Source of the DNA: Saccharofermentans sp.
GTDB taxonomy: Bacteria; Bacillota; Clostridia; Saccharofermentanales; Saccharofermentanaceae
DNA: 64,000 bases
Reading direction: 5' to 3'
Assembly: GCA_024403855.1 (NCBI GenBank)
Contig: JAKSRC010000008.1
Coordinates: 4,584 to 68,583 of the forward strand
Part shown: one piece after another, positions 45,011-52,600 of the stretch
Position numbering within the stretch: the first letter of the stretch is position 1
Layout of the letters: every line of letters begins with the position of its first letter
Notes under the pieces: generated by a model
The model's database searches: none
The model's input: only the letters and a program-made list of their open reading frames with translations
What the model was told of the DNA's origin: nothing
Position numbers and translations under genes: made by a program

Positions 45011-46513
45011 ATGGAAGATTTCGTAAAAACAGATAACATCGAATATAAGATCTATAAAGAAGCAAAAATCGTATTGAAGAAATCAGTCTGCGAGGCTTAT
45101 CCTCTGGGACGCATACTGATCTGCCAAGATTCAGGCGAAAATCTCAATGTTATCTGCGAGGTCAAAACAGATTTTACAAGTCCGAAAGCAGAAATCGAAG
45201 ATATCAAAAAGATCCCACTCCCCTCTTCAGATGAACGTTATATCTATATTGGTGTCTTTCCAAAGGAAACCAACGAAAGTCTTGTTGATGTAGAACGTCG
45301 AGTAATCGACAGCTTGGAAACTAGAGACCTGTTAGAATACAAAAACAGAATCTTCCAAAAGGATGAACCAACAGTAAAAAAAACGTTCTATATTATTGCT
45401 AATCTCGAAAAAGACACAGAGGATATATTCTTTCGGGATTATGGAATCACAAGCTTTAGAGAAAAGCTCAGACAGGCTTGCGAAATATCCTTTGCACAAA
45501 TTACAGCCGAGCCTAGCAACACACTGAAAGAGCAGATTCGTTCTTGGGCCAACAAAGTGTCTTTCAACGAGTTTGAAAAGGAGATAGAAAAGACGATTCA
45601 GGGACAACCAGAATTAAAATCAGTTGTCTTCCATGTTTATCACTACCTTTCAAACATTGCAAAGGAACTGCCCATTGATAAGCAGAGCATAATTCTCACG
45701 GGGCCTTCCGGATGTGGCAAAACCGAAACCTACAGAGCCTTAAAAAAGTATTTTGAAAAGGAGATTCCGCCACTTGTCGTAGATCTCATCGACACGAACC
45801 AGATAACCGGCGAGGGCTACAAGGGCAAGGATACCAATCACATAGTATCGGCTCTAAAGAAAGCCAAATCAGATGGCATAGGAATCGTGTTCCTAGACGA
45901 GTTCGATAAAAGGCTCATCCCAAGCCACTCGAGCCACGGAGACGATGTAAACAGAGAGATCCAAGGCCAGCTTCTTCTTGCAATAGAGGGCTGTGATCTT
46001 GATGGCATTGACACGAGTAACACACTCTTCATCGGCATGGGCTCCTTTAACGAGGCCAGAGAAAAAAGAAGACAGGAAAAGCACATCGGCTTTGGTGTTG
46101 AAAGAACGGATGCTGCTTGTGAACACTACTCTCCAATCACCAGAGAGGAGATGATAAAGCTTGGTGCATCCTACGAGCTCATAGGACGCTTTAGTCACGT
46201 AATAAACTACGGTCCCCTCTCTCCCGAGGCACTCGACAGGATAATCGACATGAGGGCTTCCGAGGTATCCGAGTCCTATGGAGTAAGGCTTTCCATAAGC
46301 GACAGCATGAGAGCCTTCCTCCATCAGAATTCCAATACGGAATTCGGAAACAGGCTCATTGAATCTCTGATCAGAGAGGCTGCGACCAGGGCCATGATAG
46401 AGATCCTTTCCGAAGAGATCAGCGCAAAGGAAATCGTGATAACGGGCAAGGATTCATATATCATAAAGAAGGCAGTTACAGAGGAACAACAACAGCAGAG
46501 GGAGGCATTATAA
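45011..46513 (+). CDS. ClpX-like AAA+ unfoldase with a novel ~200-aa N-terminal domain and no ClpX zinc-binding domain (operon gene 8)
   Basis: Walker A is GPSGCGKTE. A pore-1-like loop GEGYKGKD matches ClpX GYVG. Walker B is IVFLDEFDK. LFIGMGSF matches ClpX ILFICGGAF. An IGF-loop-like KHIGFGVE is present. ASYELIGRFSHV matches ClpX LIPEFIGRLPV. Confidence 0.8.
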   Translation: MEDFVKTDNIEYKIYKEAKIVLKKSVCEAYPLGRILICQDSGENLNVICEVKTDFTSPKAEIEDIKKIPLPSSDERYIYIGVFPKETNESLVDVERRVIDSLETRDLLEYKNRIFQKDEPTVKKTFYIIANLEKDTEDIFFRDYGITSFREKLRQACEISFAQITAEPSNTLKEQIRSWANKVSFNEFEKEIEKTIQGQPELKSVVFHVYHYLSNIAKELPIDKQSIILTGPSGCGKTETYRALKKYFEKEIPPLVVDLIDTNQITGEGYKGKDTNHIVSALKKAKSDGIGIVFLDEFDKRLIPSHSSHGDDVNREIQGQLLLAIEGCDLDGIDTSNTLFIGMGSFNEAREKRRQEKHIGFGVERTDAACEHYSPITREEMIKLGASYELIGRFSHVINYGPLSPEALDRIIDMRASEVSESYGVRLSISDSMRAFLHQNSNTEFGNRLIESLIREAATRAMIEILSEEISAKEIVITGKDSYIIKKAVTEEQQQQREAL

Positions 46514-47032
46514 ATGTTAGGACATCCAAAATATAAAAAGGGCGATATCGTTCGCTTCAATACCATGTCATACGACGACGCGCATCACGAAATAGAGCCA
46601 CATCCCGTTAAGTCGATCGGCGAGATATACATCGTGGATGCTTATGGTACCTTCGAGCAGGATGACGAGGTTTCTTATGACATCCTGATACCCGGAGTTG
46701 TCTTGGTAAAGCACTGCGTCGAAAGCACCATAACCGAGCTGATAAGAAGCGCTGACGATCCACATGAAGATGATTACGTTAAGTTTGACAAGGATACCAA
46801 CATAATGCTCGTTGCTGCCGTCTGTCTTCTGCTCGCCTTTGATGCCAAGGAGGGTCAGCGCGATTTGAATATGGTTAGGAAAATGCTCAATCTGAACTCG
46901 ACCATGATCTCAAGGGATGGCATAAAAAGACCTGGTCTGGAATGGCTCTTCTATGACTTCAAGGATAGAAATGGAAGCATTAATCTGGTTATAGATGCTT
47001 TTAAGGCATATAAGAAAACCAAGGATTTATGA
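46514..47032 (+). CDS. hypothetical protein (172 aa, operon gene 9)
   Basis: The ATG directly abuts the gene 8 stop, and a GGAGG site lies upstream. No motif recognised. Confidence 0.6.
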   Translation: MLGHPKYKKGDIVRFNTMSYDDAHHEIEPHPVKSIGEIYIVDAYGTFEQDDEVSYDILIPGVVLVKHCVESTITELIRSADDPHEDDYVKFDKDTNIMLVAAVCLLLAFDAKEGQRDLNMVRKMLNLNSTMISRDGIKRPGLEWLFYDFKDRNGSINLVIDAFKAYKKTKDL

Positions 47033-47287
47033 GACATGTTTTCTTCCGTAAATAAAAGAAAGGAGTCTGAGACTTGTTTGCTGCAGAATCATTTCCTTGA
47101 CAACACCTTCACAAGGAACCTCATAAGAATCCTTTTATGAGAGCAGCCCGGGCACTCGAGTTTTTGTTTTGCACAAACAAAAAAGATCGGTAACCAAAAA
47201 CGAACAGTTTTTGAGTGTATACCGTCGATTAAAAAATGAAATAACCGTAGCATTCCTATAGACTTATGAGTCTAGACACCACAATAC

Positions 47288-47617
47288 TCATTCAGTGACG
47301 TTTTTCTTAAAAAGAGAAGGATAATTTGTACGCCCGTCGAAAATGTGGTACACGATTACTTTGTCTTCGGACACTTTGTATATAGAGATATATGTTCCTG
47401 CAACGACAAACCTAAACCCATCTTCCGACAGGTCGGGATCGTTTATTAGCGGGCCGGAAAACGGGTGTTTTTCTAATCGTTCCAAGGAATTCAGTATCTT
47501 GTCAGTTATCCTACGAGCAGATTTCGGGCCAACAAGTGTCAAGTGAAGCAGTGCAATGTTTTCCAAGTCTTCTTGCGCAGACTCAAGAATTTCTATACAA
47601 ACCGGGTTACTGCTCAT
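47288..47617 (-). CDS. type II toxin, RelE/ParE family
   Basis: 109 aa. It overlaps the upstream antitoxin gene by 11 nt. The C-terminal ...VIVYHIFDGRTNY is typical of ParE-like toxins. Confidence 0.75.
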   Translation of the reverse strand: MSSNPVCIEILESAQEDLENIALLHLTLVGPKSARRITDKILNSLERLEKHPFSGPLINDPDLSEDGFRFVVAGTYISIYKVSEDKVIVYHIFDGRTNYPSLFKKNVTE

Positions 47618-47870
47618 AGATATTGTTCAACCTATTCCTGGATTCGGAAAGACTAAATGTCTTACATCCGTTAATTCTACTTTGCTCAGTTGCAGCCAGT
47701 TTAGCCTTAAGTTTGTATGTCTCTTCGAGTCGCTCGAAAGCCTCTATGCTCATGACAACGAGATCGCCTTCGCCATTTTTTGTTATGTAAATTGGTTCAT
47801 CATTTGTGTGAGCCAAATTAGATATTTCTGTGTAATCATTTCTCAATGTCGTAGAAGATTTAATCAGCAT
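47607..47870 (-). CDS. type II antitoxin, Phd/YefM family
   Basis: 87 aa. The sequence TTLRNDYTEISNLAHTNDEPIYITKNGEGDLVVMSIEAFERLEE is the Phd/YefM N-terminal fold signature. Confidence 0.8.
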   Translation of the reverse strand: MLIKSSTTLRNDYTEISNLAHTNDEPIYITKNGEGDLVVMSIEAFERLEETYKLKAKLAATEQSRINGCKTFSLSESRNRLNNIYEQ

Positions 47871-47944
47871 AATTATACCGCCTTGCAGAATTATACGATA
47901 ATTATATCATTATTCTACAATATTTCACCACTTTTTCGCCAATC

Positions 47945-47974
47945 AAAAAAGGGTTCAGAAAAACTCTGAACCCC
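47945..47974 (-). terminator. native tRNA-Arg intrinsic terminator, now separated from the tRNA by insertions
   Basis: The minus-strand stem GGGTTCAG / CTGAACCC is 8 bp and perfect, followed by TTTTTT. It lies directly 3' of the 45-nt tRNA fragment DR1. Confidence 0.75.
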
Positions 47975-47984
47975 TTATAAATAC

Positions 47985-48029
47985 TGGTGATCGTGAGCGG
48001 ATTCGAACCGCTGGCCTACCGCTTAGGAG
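47985..48029 (-). repeat. DR1: 45-nt copy of the tRNA-Arg(CCT) 3' part (anticodon loop to CCA), distal att site
   Basis: TGGTGATCGTGAGCGGATTCGAACCGCTGGCCTACCGCTTAGGAG is identical to 49233-49277 and to 53455-53499. Confidence 0.9.
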
Positions 48030-48112
48030 CGTCAAAAGAACAACTAAAAACATAGAAAGGACGGGGATTTCCGGGCTTTACATTCCGTTCTTAAGCCACT
48101 CTTCAGCCACTT
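48030..48112. repeat. conserved 83-bp arm, copy 1 (adjacent to DR1)
   Basis: By eye it is about 85 percent identical to 49278-49360. It contains GGACGGGGATTTCCGGGCTT and a tandem AGCCACT motif (AAGCCACTCTTCAGCCACTT). Confidence 0.8.
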
Positions 48113-48125
48113 AATTTCTATTTCC

Positions 48126-48713
48126 TCATCCTATATATCTTTGTGAATAAGTTCCCGTAATCAATGCGATAATGTCTTCTTCATCCCAATACTCATTAGG
48201 AAAAATCGTAATGCTGTCCTTGTGTTTACGAATAATTCGGTATGGGGTATCCGTATTATCATACACATGAAGAATATCACATAAAGACATTAACTCTTTT
48301 ATGTTGGCAAGCGACTTGTAAAAACGTGTTTTGACTTTTTCTCTATCAACATCATGACCACCTTGCATGACACGTGACTCGACTCTTGCAACATTCAATT
48401 CAGGATCGGCAGTCAATACAAATACGCACTTAATAAAATACCCTTCAGCCTTTGATTTCCGAAGAATATCCATCTTGTATTTCGAAGATAAGACAGTCTC
48501 AAATGTAAGATCAGACTTTGCCTCTATAGAATCATATCGCTTTTTGTCAACAAACTTGGCAGCTTCCTCATTTTCCATTCCTGTTGAAGACACGACATCA
48601 TCCGCATTAGTGTATTCGCCAGCAATTTCGAAAAACTTGGTTATCGTACTCTTACCAGATCCATTAGGCCCGGCAAAACACAAGAGCATAGGTTTTCTTA
48701 AAGCGTTATCCAA
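48126..48713 (-). CDS. zeta-toxin/COG4185-like P-loop kinase/ATPase
   Basis: Walker A FAGPNGSGKST lies near the N-terminus. The size is about 195 aa. The start overlaps the upstream small gene (TTG at 48713; an alternative ATG lies 8 codons in). Confidence 0.65.
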   Translation of the reverse strand: MDNALRKPMLLCFAGPNGSGKSTITKFFEIAGEYTNADDVVSSTGMENEEAAKFVDKKRYDSIEAKSDLTFETVLSSKYKMDILRKSKAEGYFIKCVFVLTADPELNVARVESRVMQGGHDVDREKVKTRFYKSLANIKELMSLCDILHVYDNTDTPYRIIRKHKDSITIFPNEYWDEEDIIALITGTYSQRYIG

Positions 48714-48978
48714 TATTTACCTGCTTTCCATCCGAATCAACCAATACAGGTGCCTTTTTGCTCTTGTCATATACGGCCAGCGGCTTTTTACAAACTTTAG
48801 CTTTTCTCTTTGCGTTGCTGACAGCCTGCCTAGCTCTTTTATCCATATCTGCATCATCGGGAGAAAGAATTCCTGACTCAATCAACTTAGCGCTAGTAAC
48901 ACGCTTCTTGGCAACTTTGACTTCCATATTATCTATCTTCACAACATGCTTAATTACTTTTTTCTCTTCATCACTCAT
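48706..48978 (-). CDS. small basic protein, putative cognate antitoxin/partner (90 aa)
   Basis: Has an ATG start with a GAAAGGAAG site upstream. It overlaps the P-loop gene. No motif recognised. Confidence 0.5.
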   Translation of the reverse strand: MSDEEKKVIKHVVKIDNMEVKVAKKRVTSAKLIESGILSPDDADMDKRARQAVSNAKRKAKVCKKPLAVYDKSKKAPVLVDSDGKQVNIG

Positions 48979-49150
48979 GAGTCAGTACTTCCTTTCGTAT
49001 TTTTGTATTATTTTAACTCAAAATGCGTAAAAATGTCCTGAAAGAAGTTTTTGGGTTTATCCTCCTATGAAAAGAAAGAATACCACTTGATCTTGCAAGT
49101 TCCGCAGGCATTTTCCTCAATCAGCTGCGGTCTGCTTTTAGAAAAATAGA

Positions 49151-49223
49151 AAAACCACCTGTGATACGAGTTCCGCAGGCGCTTTAGCGCCGAGGACCTG
49201 TTTGAAGTAGCACAGGTGGTTTT
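49151..49223. terminator. long nested stem-loop flanking DR2
   Basis: AAAACCACCTGTG (49151-49163) pairs with CACAGGTGGTTTT (49211-49223). The inner hairpin is GGCGCT-TT-AGCGCC. T-runs lie on both sides. It occupies the same position relative to DR2 as the tRNA terminators do relative to DR1 and DR3. Confidence 0.55.
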
Positions 49224-49232
49224 CTATGACCT

Positions 49233-49277
49233 TGGTGATCGTGAGCGGATTCGAACCGCTGGCCTACCGCTTAGGAG
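49233..49277 (-). repeat. DR2: 45-nt copy of the tRNA-Arg(CCT) 3' part
   Basis: Identical to DR1 and to the 3' 45 nt of the intact tRNA. Confidence 0.9.
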
Positions 49278-49360
49278 CGTCCAAAGAACAGCTAAACACA
49301 TTGAAAGGACGGGGATTTCCGGGCTTCACGCTCCTTTCTTAAGCCACTCTTAAGCCACTT
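49278..49360. repeat. conserved 83-bp arm, copy 2 (adjacent to DR2)
   Basis: Homologous to 48030-48112. It contains AAGCCACTCTTAAGCCACTT. Confidence 0.8.
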
Positions 49361-49621
49361 GATAATTAGTGAACCAAAACATTATGGTATTACTACATTT
49401 CAGCAAAACAGAGGGATTTTGTAATGTAAAATAGAGGTTCGTTATCGTCTTGTTTTCGAAGCCAACCGATTGAAGAATAATAAAAAACTCATTCAATCCT
49501 TTTATAGTCTGATTCTGGCATCCGTTCTATACAACTCGCGCTTCAAAAACTACCCTCGTTCATCCAAAACTTTCTGTATTCTATCCTGTATTATTTCAAC
49601 TACAGATGCCAAAGCTTTCTG

Positions 49622-52600
49622 TCATGTTCTTTCGGCAATAATCGTCGATACTCTATCATTAATTATCGGCAAAACAGCATCAAGACTCTTTTGATCCACA
49701 AAATATGGCGGAACTTCCTCTCTTATTACGATCAATACCGCAGGATCGTTATTATCAATTACAGATGCGGATAGAAGAACGTTCTTATAAGAAGTTATGA
49801 CAGTATCATCCAAAGGCTGAATAAAAGTATTATTCTTGTTAAACTTCTCAAGTGCTATTATAGCAGAAGATTCGAATGCAGATATGCTCATTGGATTGCT
49901 ATCTTGTGTTGCAACCACATTCTGAATCTCATCACTCATACAAATCCTGATGAATTCCCAAGCGCCATCGGCAACTACTGAAGGTGCACTAGCTGAAATA
50001 CCGATAGAAGTTTGTACTGAAATTACCGGTCCGCGACCATCAGTTGAAGGATATCCCAAAAGTGTCATGTTTTTTGCGTTAGACCCATTTTTATTTAAGA
50101 AATAGCGAAAATCTGGATACCAGGTATCCTCTGCATTGGTGCACATACTAAAAGATTTATCATTGACATTATTCTTTACATAGTCACATAGAGCACGAAA
50201 AGATTCGTTATCAAAATTGACTTTCTTTCCGTCAATACACGTGTCACTCATATATGAATACAGAGTGCAGATGGCTTCGAGTTGAGACTGATTCATCGGA
50301 TCAGCACCATTGCATATCTCATTAACAAATTTTGTATATTCATCAAAGGTAAAACCTAATTGGCCGTTACTGACATTAGATTTGTCTGTTTCTATACCTG
50401 ATACCGTAAAACTCACCGGCATATAGAGAAGTTTGTCATCAATCTTAGATGCACTTATTACATTAGAGAAATAGTCTGCTTCATTGATTCCATTTTTGCC
50501 TTTGATATATCTACTCAGATCCAGAAGATATTCTTCTGACTGGATCAGTCTGAAATCATCTGCATACAAGATTATGTCCGGGCCATTACCGGACAATATA
50601 TCGGTAACAAGTTGATTGCCGAGTGCTGATACCCCATTATAATATATGTCCATGATCTCATCATGATTTTTAGCATCACTGTAATCAATGTAATCAGCAA
50701 TACTGAGCTTATTTTCTAACAAGACAAAATAATCCCCGTTTGTCTCATTGAACACTCTGATTGCTTCACAGATCGAATACTCTAAATCAGTCCTTCCGAC
50801 TGTAGCTGCCGAAAGCATTGTCTTGCCGGCATTAGGATTCTTTTCAGTTTTCTCAAGAACGATAATCGTTGGAACGTATATTAGTTCTCTATCAAACTCA
50901 GTAAGCAAATCACTATCTTTTATCATTCCTGCAAAAACATACTTGTTGTCTTTAACGGAAAGAAGATCCATTCCGATCAGGGTTTTCCTGTTAACATTAC
51001 AGCTGTTATAAGAGAAAACTTCTTCCAATTCCTTTGATGCAAAATTTATGACTTTTACGCCGTATTGATCTTTAAAATATGTCTTTCCATCTAATGATGA
51101 CAGACTAGTTCCATACTTGATATTCTTGAGCCAAGAGTATTCTTCATCTTTGTTTTTTATTTCTCCGGTCTCAAGATTCAAGGAGATCAGACTCACATTA
51201 TTTGAAGAACAAACAAGAAGGATTTCTGTTTCTGAAACAGGTATATAATTTTTGAAATAGTTGATAGATGAAAAATGAGGATCGCCTATTAGATCAACAA
51301 ATTTGCTATTGCCCTCTTTACTGATCGCAAAAGATAAAGTGCCCGTCTTACGGTACCAGGATACTGTATAATCTCCAATAGTCCAGGAATCCTCATAATT
51401 AATAGGGTTTTCTTCTTGAGAATCATATGGAATGTTTTCCAACTCTTCTAATTCACCGACGGTTCCCGTTTCCGGATCTATCTTAACCAAATAACAATTA
51501 GTCTCATTACTGTTAACAGGACGCACAGTATCGTGCAGCCTGAGATCAATACCATCATCATTAATTGTAATGTTGTCAATTTCTCTATTGAAACGAACTT
51601 TGCTAATATCGATAGATTTTATTAACTCTCCGGTAAAAACATAATAATCAAGATTAATAAAATGCGAATCCGTTTTTGATTGTAAAGATCCTTCCGTTTC
51701 TATAAGGACACCATCTTTATAAGCTCCAAGAATATTTCTTGTGAAATAGTCCAACTTCAAATCTTTGTATTTATCGTCAATTTTAGTTATTTGAGAACTA
51801 AACCAAGTATCACTCGATTTGATCTTTCTAGTATCGGATGTATTTGCAAAAGAACAGCTTGTAAGTAACAATATAGTAGCCAGGCTAAATGCGAGAGCCT
51901 TTCGGCTGTTATCCGCCGGTTTCTTAATACTGATGATTCTCTTCTTCATCAATTGATAACCGCTTTTCATTCCGGTTGATAATGCAAAGAAACCTGTTAT
52001 ATTCGACTGCTGTTGTAGCATTTCTAATAGCGTTCTTGCATATTCTTTAGAAGAATCCGTTCCATAAGCTTTCATGACTGCTTCATCACACGCTAATTCA
52101 CAATCTCTGCCGGAAAGAATAAATGCTACCCAAATGACCGGATTGTACCAATTAAGGAAAAGAACCAAATATCTGATAAGCACCCACAAATGATCACCGT
52201 GTTTATAGTGACATGCTTCGTGACAAATTATGTATTCGCTTATATTTTCAGTACCATCATCAATATAGATTTTGTTAAACATAAGGAACGGTGTTTCCTT
52301 ATGTTTAATACCGTAGATTTTTAGTCCACTCAAAGGATCCTTGCCAAGATATTTTCTTTTTCGTTTGCAATACAATATAAAACCGATATTGTACGCTATC
52401 AGAACAACTACAAGAATAGCAGAAACGAAGTAACAGCAGTTCTGTAGTATAGATTCTATCTTTTTTGATTCATTTGCTTTTACCTTTGATACCGCCACAT
52501 AATTAACCGGTATCTGCGCTTGTTCACGGATTGTCTCATTTACAGGTATATTATTTCCAGGTATATTTGTCTGATTAACAGAAGCGTCGTTCTCTATTTG

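Larger units (their letters stand above)
47985..49277. mobile_element. minimal integrated element B (about 1.2 kb between DR1 and DR2), no integrase; cargo is a zeta-like two-gene module
   Basis: It is bounded by perfect 45-nt direct repeats of the tRNA-Arg 3' end. An 83-bp arm homologous to that of element A lies next to DR1. Confidence 0.55.

Noticed and set aside
41400-47032. I considered the nine-gene operon as a prophage remnant or as a known defence system (RM, BREX, DISARM, CBASS, Thoeris, Gabija, Septu, Lamassu, retron, Abi).
   Set aside because: I recognised no capsid, tail, terminase, portal, lysis, replication or integrase genes. None of the hallmark enzymes of those systems is present. 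A phage early-gene origin cannot be excluded and is listed as the refutation test.
47120-47186. I looked for a terminator for the nine-gene operon in the hairpins CTCATAA/TTATGAG (47120-47141), the CCCGGG/CTCGAG region and the A/T-only stem TTTTTGTTT/AAACAAAAA.
   Set aside because: The stems are short or purely A/T, and the GC-rich segment cannot form a loop of adequate size. I could not support a confident intrinsic terminator call.
47985-48029. I considered whether the 45-nt copies at 47985-48029 and 49233-49277 are additional tRNA genes or pseudo-tRNAs.
   Set aside because: They comprise only the anticodon loop, variable region, T arm and 3' acceptor strand. The adjacent sequence cannot supply the 5' acceptor strand, D arm or 5' anticodon strand (TGACG versus the required ACCGC). 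They are att-type repeats.
48030-48112. I considered whether the 83-bp arm is the 3' remnant of an integrase gene, or a tmRNA/tRNA-like RNA.
   Set aside because: The minus-strand translation gives only about 10 codons (VAEEWLKNGM) after an in-frame stop, and copy 2 has an extra stop. I could draw no cloverleaf or tmRNA-like pairing. It is kept as a non-coding arm repeat.
49361-49621. I looked for a decayed integrase, excisionase or other gene in the 260 bp between the blaR1-like stop and arm 2.
   Set aside because: I found only short frame fragments interrupted by stops (for example QKALASVVEIIQDRIQKVLDERG). Nothing resembles tyrosine or serine recombinase motifs, so I cannot support a pseudogene call. 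The plus-strand ORF at 49470-49694 overlaps the blaR1 3' end and lacks a Shine-Dalgarno site.
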